Below, one piece after another: positions 1-9,244 of a stretch of 64,000 bases of DNA. The notes below the pieces were generated by a model. That model was not told where the DNA came from. It ran no database searches and saw only the letters and a list, made by a program, of their open reading frames with translations. A program made the translations under genes and the position numbers. This stretch comes from a candidate division FCPU426 bacterium (lineage in GTDB: Bacteria > Oederibacteriota > PGYV01 > Palsa-1178): NCBI GenBank assembly GCA_963840035.1, contig CAWIXE010000002.1, positions 1,504,001-1,568,000 of the forward strand. The letters are read 5' to 3'. Every line of letters begins with the position of its first letter. The stretch's first letter is position 1.

Positions 1-837
1 CATGGAAATTGTTACCGCCGCCATGACCACGTTCCATGGCTGCCCTTCCTCTATTATCTTGTATATGCCCAGCATAAGGGTGTAAATCCCGGGTTCATTG
101 ACAACGATAAGCGGCCAGAAAAACGAGTTCCATATGTTTACAAAGGTAAGTATGGATAATACCGTTATAATCGGCCTTGAGATTGGCAGGATAATTTTAA
201 AAAATATGGATGTTTCGCTGTATCCGTCAACCCTGGCAGCTTCAATAAAATCATTCGGCAGTTTGTCAAAAAAGCTTTTCATGATAAAAATATTGAAGGC
301 GTTCGCGAGCCCCGGCAGTATCATCGCCCAGTAGGTGTTTATCAGGTTGATTTTTAACAGGCCAAGGATGGAAAAATCGCGCATGAAAAGGTAAAGCGGT
401 ATGGCTATGGTTTCAAACGGTATCATTATGGTGGAAAGCAGGAGCAGCATTATCACCTGGTATGCGGGCGGTTTGAGCTTTGAAAGCGAATACGCCGCCA
501 TGGCGGAAATTATTATCTGCCCCGCCACTACAGCTCCGGCAACCAAAATACTGTTGAAAAAATACCAGGGGAAAGGGGCAATCTCCCACGCTTTGACAAA
601 ATGCGAAAATTCCGGGGTAAACTCAGTAAAGACTTTTGTCAGCGGGGCGAATATCATCGATGTCGGCATAAGCGCCGTTATTAACATCCATATAAAAGGA
701 ATGGATGTAAGTATTGCCCCGATTATCACAACCACTCCCCATATCCTGTAGATAAGGACATTTTTCGGATCCTTCATTTCGTATACGGGGAACAGGTATC
801 TTCCCTCTTCCCGGGAGGGCCTCTTTTTATCAGCCAT
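1..837 (-). CDS. Carbohydrate ABC transporter permease (MalG/UgpE-like); 3' end runs off the window
   Basis: Not in the ORF track. Manual translation from ATG at 837 (overlaps upstream stop, TAATG): MADKKRPSREEG..., hydrophobic segments, EAA loop EAARVDG. Confidence 0.9.
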   Translation of the reverse strand, partial: MADKKRPSREEGRYLFPVYEMKDPKNVLIYRIWGVVVIIGAILTSIPFIWMLITALMPTSMIFAPLTKVFTEFTPEFSHFVKAWEIAPFPWYFFNSILVAGAVVAGQIIISAMAAYSLSKLKPPAYQVIMLLLLSTIMIPFETIAIPLYLFMRDFSILGLLKINLINTYWAMILPGLANAFNIFIMKSFFDKLPNDFIEAARVDGYSETSIFFKIILPISRPIITVLSILTFVNIWNSFFWPLIVVNEPGIYTLMLGIYKIIEEGQPWNVVMAAVTISM

Positions 838-2120
838 TAGTTGCCGCTCCTTTTTGTGTTTGTCAGGTTCATCCTGAAGAGAGTTATCATCACAAGCACT
901 ATCAGGAAGAATACCGCTACGCCTGAAGCGTAACCTATGTCCATATATAGGAATGCTTTTTTATACATATATGTTGCTATGACTTCCGAAGCGCCCACGG
1001 GGCTGCCGTTTGTCATTATGTAAACCTCGGAGAAAACCTGCATCCCGTTTATAATCTGTATGAATACCACAGCCATAATGACGGGCACGAGCGCCGGCAG
1101 GATTATCTGGCGTATTTTGGTCCATACCCCGGCTCCATTTAAGGCCGCGTCTTCAAAAAGATTCTTAGGTATGTTCTGCAGCCCGGCCATATAAATGAGC
1201 ATGGCCCATCCCGTATTTTTCCATATAAATACAAGCGCTATTGAAAAAAGCACCAGATTCGGGTCGGTCAGCCAGCCAACTGCCACAGTTTTTCCGGCAA
1301 TCAATGATAACACGCCGTTTATAAGCCCGAATCCCTGGCTGTACATCCATTTCCACAGGATTGCGGCCGGTACGGCCGGCGTAAGAAACGGAATAAAGTA
1401 AAGTATCTTTAAGATGCCGGAGCCCTTCCTTATTTCATATACATATAATGCCAGGAAAAGCGGAATCCAGGTACCGAGCACTATTACAATGACCGAAAGC
1501 AGCGCTGAATGCATGCACGCGTCCCAGAATTTCTGGTCTGTAAGTATATTGACGAAATTAGCCAGCCCCACAAACACGGATTTATGTATGGTCTCAAACT
1601 TCTGGAAGCTTATTACAAAAGTCTTTAGTATAGGCATCCATGAGAAAAGCAGCAAAACCAGTATGGCCGGGAGGACAAGCTCTATCCCGAGGAAATCCTT
1701 CATCAGCTTGTACATCTTCAGTTTTTTCTGGTCCTGTTTATTAAGCTCAGGAAGGGGTTTTGATTCCCTGTAGCGCGGCGCGACTTCACGTATGGCCATG
1801 CCAAAGCGCCTGTACCTGAACGCGGTCCTTAATTTTTGTGATGTGGAAAGGCTGTCAGGAAGCTTTATAACAGATTCCTGTTTTTCCCCGGTAAGGTTTT
1901 TTGAGCCAAGCACGTGGAATATGGAGCCTGCCGGCTTCTCCTTTTTTTCCTTCTTTTTGGCGAAGTCAACCACGTTCTCGGAAGTCGGGGCAAGTTTAAG
2001 CTTAATAATGGGCAGGGCCACATCCTCTTTCTTATGGCTTTTTAACTCATCATCAACCATGCCCTTTATTGCATTCTCTGAAAGGTCGCTGCCTACTTTT
2101 CCGAATATATCGTCACTCAT
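837..2120 (-). CDS. Carbohydrate ABC transporter permease (MalF/UgpA-like) with a ~140-aa soluble N-terminal extension
   Basis: FVGLANF, WKNTGWAMLIYMAGLQNIP, EDAALNGA, GYASG motifs. Confidence 0.9.
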   Translation of the reverse strand: MSDDIFGKVGSDLSENAIKGMVDDELKSHKKEDVALPIIKLKLAPTSENVVDFAKKKEKKEKPAGSIFHVLGSKNLTGEKQESVIKLPDSLSTSQKLRTAFRYRRFGMAIREVAPRYRESKPLPELNKQDQKKLKMYKLMKDFLGIELVLPAILVLLLFSWMPILKTFVISFQKFETIHKSVFVGLANFVNILTDQKFWDACMHSALLSVIVIVLGTWIPLFLALYVYEIRKGSGILKILYFIPFLTPAVPAAILWKWMYSQGFGLINGVLSLIAGKTVAVGWLTDPNLVLFSIALVFIWKNTGWAMLIYMAGLQNIPKNLFEDAALNGAGVWTKIRQIILPALVPVIMAVVFIQIINGMQVFSEVYIMTNGSPVGASEVIATYMYKKAFLYMDIGYASGVAVFFLIVLVMITLFRMNLTNTKRSGN

Positions 2121-3369
2121 TGTATTCTTTCTTCATCCTTTCCATAAAATCAAACAGGGTCTGCTCGTAATCAGGTTCCTTGTTTATCAGTACTTTTTCG
2201 AGCACGTACCTGTTAAAGTCTTCCCTGACCATCGTCCATTTATAAAAGGTGGGTTCAGCCTGCGCGTACGAAAGCAGCCCCTTTACTTTTGAAAATTCCG
2301 GCCTGTTTATAAGGTTCGTGGCGCAGGAAAAATCCCCGGGGTATATCATCATATTCTTTTCTTTCATGCTCATGAAACGGCCCAGCTGGTTTAATGGCGA
2401 TATTACGTTCTGTATATATGCCCATGCTATCTTCTTTTTTTCAGGCGATATTCCGCTGTTAATGATAAACGCGTCTCCGCCGGCGTGCCACGCCTTTATA
2501 CCCCCGTCGCCTTCAGGCAGGGGGACAATTTCCACAAGCGCCGGATCCAGCCCGTAGCGCCTTGACATGACAGGAATCTGTTTCGCGACCCCCAGCATCA
2601 TGGCTATCTTACCGGCTGAAAAAAGCTGCTCTATGTCATAATCATAATATATGCTCTGCGGCGGCATGGCTTTATATTTCCACTTAAGGGAATTCCAGAA
2701 TTTTAAAGCCTTGACCACACCCGGGTTATTAAGGTTAAGCTTGCCTTTGGAGTATATGTCCCCTCCGGCCTGCCATATGAAATCAATGAAGTAAAACATG
2801 TCCGGAGGCATTGCTATGCCCCATGTACCCGGCAGTTTCCTGTTTATGGCCTCGCTGTAGTTTATCAGGTCCTGCCATGTAGCCGGCGGGTCCGTAATCC
2901 CGCATTTTTCAAAAATATCTTTCCTGTAAAAAAGCGTGGTGAAATATGAGTCATATGGAATCCCGTAGATATCCTCATCGACTTTTACCGACTGCCACAT
3001 TATGGGCGGCATGTAATCTTTCTGGGTCCACTTATCGGTTATATCGTTGAGCTTTGCTAGAAACCCGTATTTTGCCATTGAAGGTATTGCCGTGATAGGT
3101 ATGCGCGCGACATCAGGCCCTTTTCCGGAGGCCATCACGCTTACGAATTCCTGCGGTTTATACTCCCTTGAAATACCGTTAACCTTAACACCCGGGTTGA
3201 CTTTTTCAAAATAGGAGGTTTCATCATCCCAGAGCAGTTTATGTGCCTTGTCTGAAGCCGACGGCATGTTCCAAACGGTCAGTATTGCCGCGTCCTCACC
3301 GGACGAGGCAGCAAGGACCTGCGCGAATAAAACAGCTGTAATAAATAATGCCGCAATCTTCTTTTTCAA
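2113..3369 (-). CDS. Sugar ABC transporter extracellular solute-binding protein
   Basis: Signal peptide; GKGPDV, IYGIPY, LFYRKDIF, PPATWQDL, FSAGKIAM motifs. Confidence 0.9.
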   Translation of the reverse strand: MKKKIAALFITAVLFAQVLAASSGEDAAILTVWNMPSASDKAHKLLWDDETSYFEKVNPGVKVNGISREYKPQEFVSVMASGKGPDVARIPITAIPSMAKYGFLAKLNDITDKWTQKDYMPPIMWQSVKVDEDIYGIPYDSYFTTLFYRKDIFEKCGITDPPATWQDLINYSEAINRKLPGTWGIAMPPDMFYFIDFIWQAGGDIYSKGKLNLNNPGVVKALKFWNSLKWKYKAMPPQSIYYDYDIEQLFSAGKIAMMLGVAKQIPVMSRRYGLDPALVEIVPLPEGDGGIKAWHAGGDAFIINSGISPEKKKIAWAYIQNVISPLNQLGRFMSMKEKNMMIYPGDFSCATNLINRPEFSKVKGLLSYAQAEPTFYKWTMVREDFNRYVLEKVLINKEPDYEQTLFDFMERMKKEYNE

Positions 3370-3386
3370 CTCAGCCTCATTTTACG

Positions 3387-3416
3387 CAATAGTCAATCGA
3401 CAATCGTCAATTGTTA
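3387..3416. repeat. Heptamer tandem array (CAATMGW-like) at a stop codon
   Basis: CAATAGT CAATCGA CAATCGT CAATTGT running into the stop at 3414. Confidence 0.8.
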
Positions 3417-4139
3417 ATTTATTTTTGAAAGGATGTCCTTTGCCATGTTCGCCCAATAACCTTCTTTTGTGTCTTTCACAATCTCTTCGCACATTGCCTT
3501 AGCCGCGGTCTTGTCATTCATCCTCGAGTAGCACTCCGCCAGCTTAAGCTTTATGTCATACTTATTATTCCCGCCGTTATATGTCTTTATAACTTTTTCC
3601 CACTCTGTGGCGGCGTCCGCGTACTTACCCTGCTGGAAAAATACATATGCTTTTCCGCTTACAGCGTCAGGCAGCAATAAGTGCTTTGGGAATTTGCTGA
3701 TAAATGAATTGAAGTATTCAAGCGATTCAACATACTGCTCATTATTATAATAGGCATTCGCAAGCCCAAGCATGGCGGACGGGTATGCCTTTGTTCCTTT
3801 GAAGTTCTGCAGCACGTTCGTATATGCGGCTTCTATCTTATCGTATTTTTCCTTTTTTGACCTGAAAAGGCCGTACATGGCCGCCTGCGGGTCGTCTAAA
3901 ACCGGCCTGTTAACATAATAATTTGCCTCGGCAAGCGACTGCTCAGCCTTTAACTCGGCCGTATTCCTGCCGTTTAAATAAAGCGGTATGGCTACGATTA
4001 CCACTACGATAATGACAGCGGCAATAATGATATTTTCCGTATGCTTCTTAAAATAACCGGTTGTGGCATTTACAAAATCCTGAGTCTCATTCCTTTTTAC
4101 AAGCTTTATGACGTCCTTATGTTTCATTTTCTTTTCCAT
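3414..4139 (-). CDS. Membrane-anchored tetratricopeptide-repeat protein (YfgM-like architecture)
   Basis: One N-terminal TM helix, then TPR-like repeats (AMLGLANAYY, GKAYVFFQQGKYADA, LKLAECY). Confidence 0.75.
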   Translation of the reverse strand: MEKKMKHKDVIKLVKRNETQDFVNATTGYFKKHTENIIIAAVIIVVVIVAIPLYLNGRNTAELKAEQSLAEANYYVNRPVLDDPQAAMYGLFRSKKEKYDKIEAAYTNVLQNFKGTKAYPSAMLGLANAYYNNEQYVESLEYFNSFISKFPKHLLLPDAVSGKAYVFFQQGKYADAATEWEKVIKTYNGGNNKYDIKLKLAECYSRMNDKTAAKAMCEEIVKDTKEGYWANMAKDILSKIN

Positions 4140-4190
4140 TACGGGCTCCTTTAGTGTTTGATCATTACTATATGTTCCATGCTGGCGCTA

Positions 4191-4218
4191 CTCACCACCA
4201 ACCACTCACCACCCACTG
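4191..4218. repeat. Heptamer tandem array (TCACCAC-like) at a stop codon
   Basis: TCACCAC CAACCAC TCACCAC CCAC abutting the stop at 4219. Confidence 0.75.
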
Positions 4219-4788
4219 TTACTTTAGAAACATTGTTATTCCTGCGTCAAAAGTTACGAACGTGAAGTTATCACCTGTTCCGCCGGCCAATGAAGCCTGG
4301 TTAAAGAGTATTTCAACATTTGCGGAAATCATGTTGTTAATAGGGTAATTTGCGCCCAGGCCCGCGCCAAAACCAAAACCGGTTTCTGAAGCCATCACTG
4401 AATTCTCGGAAGTATCCAGTTTCGCGTATTTCAGGAGGTACAAGCCTATCAAAACCTTCGCGTAAGGCCAGATAAAAAAATCAGGCATATATGGCGAATA
4501 AACAGCTTCAATGTCAATTACCGTAGCTGAAAACGGTTCCGGAGCGGCGGTAAGCTTATAGGGAATCTGCAGGAAAGTAAATCCGCCGCCAACCTGCGTT
4601 TCCGAATCAAGCCCTTTTCTTACTGAAATTCCCCCGTTAAAACCGCCGGTAAAATTATTACCCATTTCCATTATCGGGTATGACAATCCTCCGCGCCCTG
4701 TTGCCACCCAGTAATCCACATTGACCTTTGCCGCGTATAATGATGCCGCGGTAAGTATTGCCAGAACCGCCATTATAATCCTCTTCAT
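4219..4788 (-). CDS. Small outer-membrane beta-barrel protein
   Basis: Signal peptide, amphipathic beta strands, PY..GLY and GFGFGAGLG..Y motifs, aromatic residue near the C-terminus. Confidence 0.7.
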   Translation of the reverse strand: MKRIIMAVLAILTAASLYAAKVNVDYWVATGRGGLSYPIMEMGNNFTGGFNGGISVRKGLDSETQVGGGFTFLQIPYKLTAAPEPFSATVIDIEAVYSPYMPDFFIWPYAKVLIGLYLLKYAKLDTSENSVMASETGFGFGAGLGANYPINNMISANVEILFNQASLAGGTGDNFTFVTFDAGITMFLK

Positions 4789-4811
4789 TTTCCCCTCCCA
4801 TATAATTGAAA

Positions 4812-4879
4812 ATTGTTGATTGACGATTGCGGATTAATAACCGGTCTTAGTGTTTATTAATCCGCAATCAACAATCCGC
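4812..4879. repeat. Inverted pair of heptamer arrays (GATTGCG family)
   Basis: Perfect 16-bp stem GATTGCGGATTAATAA (4825-4840) / TTATTAATCCGCAATC (4854-4869). Confidence 0.85.
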
Positions 4880-5529
4880 TATCTGCAATTTTTAACAAGT
4901 TCTTCCGAGTTCCTGATTGCCTGCTTTATCTCTTCATCATTAAGTCCCGCGCCTTTTAGTATCTTCTCGCGGCCCGCGTCGTCCTGCAGGTCATTGGGCG
5001 CGTGAGTATCGGTATTAAAAACCAATTTTGCGCCGATCTTCCTTGCGAGTTTAGCTACGTGGCCGTTAGTAAGGTTATGGCCTCCTCTTGCGGTAATTTC
5101 AAGGCACACGCCATTCTTCCTGGCAAGGCTGACTTCATCTTCCGTTATCTTTCCCGGATGGGCAAGTATGTCAACACCGGCTTTAATGGCGGCCAGGTTT
5201 GACCCGGGCTCAACCGGTTCCACTATTGTCTCCCCGTGAAAGACAACTATTTTCGCGCCGTACTTACGGGCTTTGATTACCAGCCCCTTAACAAGTGAAG
5301 GCGCGACATGCGTGATCTCAACCCCGGGAAAACATTTGATGTCCTTGTATGCTTTATTAGTATCATTGCAGACTTTCTTAAGCCCTTTTATAACAGTATC
5401 AATATTGGAAATATCAGCATGGTCGGTTATGGCAATCGCGGTATATCCCTTTTTCCGCGCCCTCTGAATGAGTTCGGATGGCAATAGCACGCCGTCAGAA
5501 AACAAACTGTGCGTGTGGAGATCAATCAT
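4879..5529 (-). CDS. PHP-domain protein (histidinol-phosphate phosphatase-like family)
   Basis: DLHTHS..SDG, AITDH, GVE, ILAHP, NTDTH metal-binding motifs. Confidence 0.85.
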   Translation of the reverse strand: MIDLHTHSLFSDGVLLPSELIQRARKKGYTAIAITDHADISNIDTVIKGLKKVCNDTNKAYKDIKCFPGVEITHVAPSLVKGLVIKARKYGAKIVVFHGETIVEPVEPGSNLAAIKAGVDILAHPGKITEDEVSLARKNGVCLEITARGGHNLTNGHVAKLARKIGAKLVFNTDTHAPNDLQDDAGREKILKGAGLNDEEIKQAIRNSEELVKNCR

Positions 5530-5662
5530 GAACACCCGCCTATAAGATCAAATGATTTCGAAATCCGAACAGCCCCGCAGTCGACCGCAGCCGCAAGCGT
5601 TTTATTTTTTCGGCTATCGGCTGATCGGCTGCTCCCCATTTTTTCCGCTCAAGCGGAAAAAA

Positions 5663-5738
5663 TGGTACCCTCGAGACGAATCGAACGTCCGGCCAACGGT
5701 TTAGGAAACCGCTGCTCTATCCACTGAGCTACGAGGGC
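5663..5738 (-). tRNA. tRNA-Arg(CCT)
   Basis: Cloverleaf GCCCTCGTAGCTCAGTGGATAGAGC...TTCCTAA...GTTCGATT...CGAGGGTACCA; CCA encoded. Confidence 0.95.
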
Positions 5739-5834
5739 ACGGTGTTAACAGTGGTAATTACAATGACATATTTTAAAGGAAACTAAGCGTTTTGTAAAGG
5801 GCGAATTAAGCATTTTACCTGTGTATTTTATAAT

Positions 5835-5862
5835 AAAAAAGCGCGGGCCAAGCCCGCGCTTT
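5835..5862 (-). terminator. Rho-independent terminator
   Basis: GCGCGGGC-CAA-GCCCGCGC stem with flanking A/T runs. Confidence 0.8.
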
Positions 5863-5867
5863 CATAT

Positions 5868-5895
5868 ATTAGTCATTAGTAATTGGTAATTGCCT
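5868..5895. repeat. Heptamer tandem array (ATTRGTM) at a stop codon
   Basis: ATTAGTC ATTAGTA ATTGGTA ATTGCCT next to the stop at 5897; same family as 31569. Confidence 0.8.
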
Positions 5896-5896
5896 T

Positions 5897-6343
5897 TCAG
5901 CACTCCCTGCGGTTCTTCCTCTTGTCTTCGTCTTCCCTTACCACAAGGTCAAAAACCGGCCTGATGCCGAGCTTTTCCGCCCTCTTTATCCTTTCGACCT
6001 CTTCCTCTCCGAGTTCCATGGACGCCTTAAAAACAACGCCCCTGTGAAGGTCCCCGGTAAAAAGCCAGTCAAAGCCTTCTTTATCATATACGCTCTTGCC
6101 CTTTTGCTGCCAGGAAACAAAAAGAAGGTCAACCGGCTGCTTTACATAAACATCCGTAAGTTCAAGTTCCCGGCCATCAAAATAATCCACTAGATTATCG
6201 CCGAAATCCACCTTGAAAATACCGAGGTTTATGTCAATGATTTTACCTGTTTTATCCAGGAGCTTTTTCGGCCTTTTTGCGCCATCTTCCTCTGATTTCC
6301 ATATATCCAGAGTCTTTACCCGTACCCTGTCTCCTACCTTCAT
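5897..6343 (-). CDS. Hypothetical protein with an N-terminal KOW/SH3-like segment
   Basis: MKVGDRVRV...GKIIDI...FKVDF; GGGGG RBS; own consensus promoter and terminator. Confidence 0.65.
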   Translation of the reverse strand: MKVGDRVRVKTLDIWKSEEDGAKRPKKLLDKTGKIIDINLGIFKVDFGDNLVDYFDGRELELTDVYVKQPVDLLFVSWQQKGKSVYDKEGFDWLFTGDLHRGVVFKASMELGEEEVERIKRAEKLGIRPVFDLVVREDEDKRKNRREC

Positions 6344-6412
6344 GGTTATACCCCCTTCAATGTTAATTTTGCCTTTGTTTTGAGTCCAAATCTGTACCTA
6401 ACCGTAAAATCA

Positions 6413-6441
6413 ATTATACACGTTTAAATAAGGGGTGTCAA
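6413..6441 (-). promoter_or_regulatory. Sigma70 promoter
   Basis: TTGACA-17-TATAAT, perfect consensus. Confidence 0.8.
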
Positions 6442-6449
6442 TTTAAAAC

Positions 6450-6564
6450 GATTTTCAATTCTAAATTTTCAATTTTCAATTAAAACCTAAAAACGCCCAA
6501 TCTTTTATGTGTGTTTAAAGATTTAATTATTTAATTGAAAATTGAAAATTCAAAATCGAAAATT
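6450..6564. repeat. Inverted pair of heptamer arrays (AATTTTC family) between divergent promoters
   Basis: Perfect 21-bp inverted repeat 6464-6484 / 6530-6550. Confidence 0.85.
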
Positions 6565-6577
6565 ATGTTTTATCCCC

Positions 6578-6606
6578 TTGACACCCCACCCCTTACCCCG
6601 TAAAAT
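6578..6606 (+). promoter_or_regulatory. Sigma70 promoter for ccdA-tlpA
   Basis: TTGACA-17-TAAAAT. Confidence 0.75.
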
Positions 6607-6640
6607 ATAACCTGATAAATAATTAATGAAAGGAGCTTTT

Positions 6641-7381
6641 ATGCAGGAAACCTTCAGTACCAACGTGACCTTAATTGGCTCGTTTTTAGCGGGAATTTTA
6701 TCATTCCTTTCACCCTGTGTCCTCCCCCTTATTCCCGGATACATTTCATTTATTTCAGGAGCGTCCATGCAGGAACTAGCTAACGCGGAGGATTTGAAAA
6801 AAGTCAGGATGCGGGTTATATTAAACTCCCTCATGTTTGTGGCGGGTTTCACGGTTATATTCGTTATTCTTGGCGCCTCAGCCACGGCCATAACAAAAGC
6901 CCTCACAAAGCACCTGCGCCTGATATCCATTATTGCCGGCTCCGTCATTATACTCTTTGGCATACATACTACCGGCGTTTTAAAACTCACGTTCCTTTAT
7001 AATGAAAAACGTTTTCAGACAAATACGCGGCCTGTTAATATGTTCGGCTCATTCGTCATAGGCCTTGCTTTTGCATTTGGCTGGACTCCGTGCATAGGCC
7101 CCATATTGGCTGGCATACTCGCGGTCGCGGCATCACAGGATACGGTAATGAAAGGCATTACGCTGCTTTTTGTGTATTCCCTGGGATTGGGCATACCGTT
7201 CATGATCACAGCCTGGTCCATAACCCTTTTCTTTAAAATGTTTGACAAAATCAAAAAATACTTTAACATAATAGAATGGTCTGCAGGAATACTGCTTATC
7301 ATCGTGGGCATACTCATGATAACCGGAGGCCTTACCCAGATTGCCGCTTCCCTTGAGTTTCTCAACAAATTCGCGAGGTGA
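6641..7381 (+). CDS. ccdA: Cytochrome c biogenesis / DsbD-type membrane protein CcdA
   Basis: GILSFLSPCVLPLIPGY and FGWTPCIGPIL motifs; start placed after the AAAGGAG RBS. Confidence 0.92.
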   Translation: MQETFSTNVTLIGSFLAGILSFLSPCVLPLIPGYISFISGASMQELANAEDLKKVRMRVILNSLMFVAGFTVIFVILGASATAITKALTKHLRLISIIAGSVIILFGIHTTGVLKLTFLYNEKRFQTNTRPVNMFGSFVIGLAFAFGWTPCIGPILAGILAVAASQDTVMKGITLLFVYSLGLGIPFMITAWSITLFFKMFDKIKKYFNIIEWSAGILLIIVGILMITGGLTQIAASLEFLNKFAR

Positions 7382-7386
7382 TATAA

Positions 7387-7956
7387 ATGAAAAAGTCCCT
7401 ATTAATCCTGTCGTTGCTTGCCATATCCATGCTTTTTGCCGCCTGTCCTGCAGGCGATAAAACTGATGATACCGCGGTTACCATACAGCCGGAAGTCACA
7501 AGCCAGCCTGTCCCGGCGGGATATGCCGCAAAAACAAAAAGGCCGTCAGACGCGGTTTTGGCCCCTAATTTTACAATAGACGGTTTAAAAGGCGGCAAAG
7601 TCACCCTCTACGAGCATAAAGGCAAGATAATAATCCTGGACTTCTGGGCCACATGGTGCCCGCCGTGCAAAGCTGAGATACCCGATTTCATAGCGCTCCA
7701 GAATCAGTACAGGTCCAGCGGCCTTGTCATAATAGGCGCGGCCATTGACGACCCGAATAAGGTAGCCAACTTCGCTAAAAAAGCCGGAATTAATTACATA
7801 GTGGGCCTGGCAACGCAGGACACGGCAAGCATATACGGAGGAGTAAGAGGCATCCCGACAACTTTCGTCATAGACCGCGAGGGTTATATAGTGAGGCAGT
7901 ACGTGGGCTTCAGGCCGAAGGAAACATTTGAGCAGGATGTAAAGGACCTGATGTAA
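7387..7956 (+). CDS. TlpA/ResA-family thiol-disulfide oxidoreductase lipoprotein
   Basis: Lipobox LFAAC, DFWATWCPPC, GIPTTFVIDREG. Confidence 0.9.
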   Translation: MKKSLLILSLLAISMLFAACPAGDKTDDTAVTIQPEVTSQPVPAGYAAKTKRPSDAVLAPNFTIDGLKGGKVTLYEHKGKIIILDFWATWCPPCKAEIPDFIALQNQYRSSGLVIIGAAIDDPNKVANFAKKAGINYIVGLATQDTASIYGGVRGIPTTFVIDREGYIVRQYVGFRPKETFEQDVKDLM

Positions 7957-7971
7957 AACATTGAATTAAAT

Positions 7972-8002
7972 AAAAAAAGCGGGCCAATAGCCCGCTTTTT
8001 TT
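7972..8002. terminator. Bidirectional Rho-independent terminator
   Basis: A7-GCGGGC-CAATA-GCCCGC-T7 between convergent genes. Confidence 0.85.
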
Positions 8003-8543
8003 ATTTAACAACAGCCTCATTAAAACCGCTTATTTTTTTATCCCAGTAAAACAATTTGTTAATATTATTTCCAGCCCCGCAGTCAGACAGCCTGATGGAC
8101 GGGTATGCCGCAGATATCTTAACTGGCTTGCCTTTTATTTCCACATCAATAACGCCCGGAAAAACCAGACTCAGCGCCAATGACACCGGCAGTGCGCATT
8201 CTCCAAGCTCCTGCAGGACAAAAGAACCTATTATCTGGCCCCTGTTATCAGCAAGAAAAGCCATGCAATATAGCTTCACCTTATCAGCCTTTGTCTTTTC
8301 CTTCATGAAAACCACATAATCCAAAGCGCCATCACCGTTGAAGTCCTCTCTTTTATCAAACTTATAGGACATTTGATTTTCACACGCGCTTTCATCTATA
8401 TCCTTTGCCTTTAGCATCTCAAGTGTATCATAGGCATGGTTGATGATGTACTCGGGGGATTTTTTATAGGCGTTAACTGACAAAAATGTTATAACAGCAA
8501 CAGCAAATATGGATAATGATATCAGAAATATATATTTCTTCAT
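8001..8543 (-). CDS. Hypothetical exported or membrane-anchored protein
   Basis: N-terminal hydrophobic segment; DFNGDGALD (Dx[DN]xDG Ca-binding-like loop); AGGAGG RBS. Confidence 0.65.
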   Translation of the reverse strand: MKKYIFLISLSIFAVAVITFLSVNAYKKSPEYIINHAYDTLEMLKAKDIDESACENQMSYKFDKREDFNGDGALDYVVFMKEKTKADKVKLYCMAFLADNRGQIIGSFVLQELGECALPVSLALSLVFPGVIDVEIKGKPVKISAAYPSIRLSDCGAGNNINKLFYWDKKISGFNEAVVK

Positions 8544-8576
8544 TTAGCCTCCTTGATTAATAAACACATCTCAAGC

Positions 8577-8698
8577 GTAGAGATGGGACCAGTGCCCATC
8601 TCAGACACGGCCGGTTTCGAGACACGGCTCTGAGAGGCCCACAGGTGGCCTCTCTACATTATTCCCCCGTTCGGGCCGACACATAGGTCGGCCCCTAC
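8577..8698. repeat. GTAG-type REP cluster (inverted doublet plus singlet)
   Basis: GTAGAGATGGG..CCCATCTC / GAGAGGCC..GGCCTCTCTAC; CGGGCCGAC-ACATAG-GTCGGCCCCTAC. Confidence 0.8.
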
Positions 8699-8710
8699 AG
8701 GAGATGTAGT

Positions 8711-8743
8711 AATTGTCAATCGACAATAGTCAATAGTCAATTA
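8711..8743. repeat. Heptamer tandem array (AATAGTC-like) at a stop codon
   Basis: AATTGTC AATCGAC AATAGTC AATAGTC running into the stop at 8741. Confidence 0.8.
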
Positions 8744-9154
8744 TTCTCCGATAATCTTTATAATAACACGTTTCTTCCGCTGCCCGTCAAATTCCGCGTA
8801 AAATATCTCCTGCCACGGACCGAGGTCGAGCTTTCCTGCGGTTACTGGAACCGTGACTTCATGGCCAACTAGCAAGTTCTTTAAGTGGGCGTCGCCGTTT
8901 GACTCGCCTGTATGATGATGGCGGTAATCAGGCCCTTCCGGGGCCAGCTTCTGCAGCCATTCCTCTATATCCTGATGCAGCCCTGATTCGTTGTCATTTA
9001 TGAATACTCCGGCAGTAATGTGCATAGCGGATACAAGACAAAGCCCTTCCTTAATGCCGGACTTTGCGAGTTCCTTTTCCACATCGCCGGTAAGGCGGAC
9101 AAGTTCCCTGTGTTTTTTTGTGTTGAACCATAAGTATGCTGTATGTGATTTCAT
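8741..9154 (-). CDS. yjbQ: YjbQ (UPF0047) family protein
   Basis: [37 protein letters not shown] motifs. Confidence 0.9.
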   Translation of the reverse strand: MKSHTAYLWFNTKKHRELVRLTGDVEKELAKSGIKEGLCLVSAMHITAGVFINDNESGLHQDIEEWLQKLAPEGPDYRHHHTGESNGDAHLKNLLVGHEVTVPVTAGKLDLGPWQEIFYAEFDGQRKKRVIIKIIGE

Positions 9155-9177
9155 AGGCCCTCTCCTGTCTCTCTACT

Positions 9178-9238
9178 GTAGGGGCGATTCATGAATCGCC
9201 CGCCTTTCTGCGTTGGGCAATTCGTGAATTGCCCCTAC
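9178..9238. repeat. REPIN-like inverted REP doublet
   Basis: GTAGGGGCGATTCATGAATCGCCC-13 nt-GGGCAATTCGTGAATTGCCCCTAC; near-identical copy at 62383. Confidence 0.9.
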
Positions 9239-9244
9239 AAGAAC

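Noticed and set aside
5540..6343. Prophage or island integrated at tRNA-Arg
   Set aside because: No integrase, no duplicated tRNA 3' end and no phage genes nearby.
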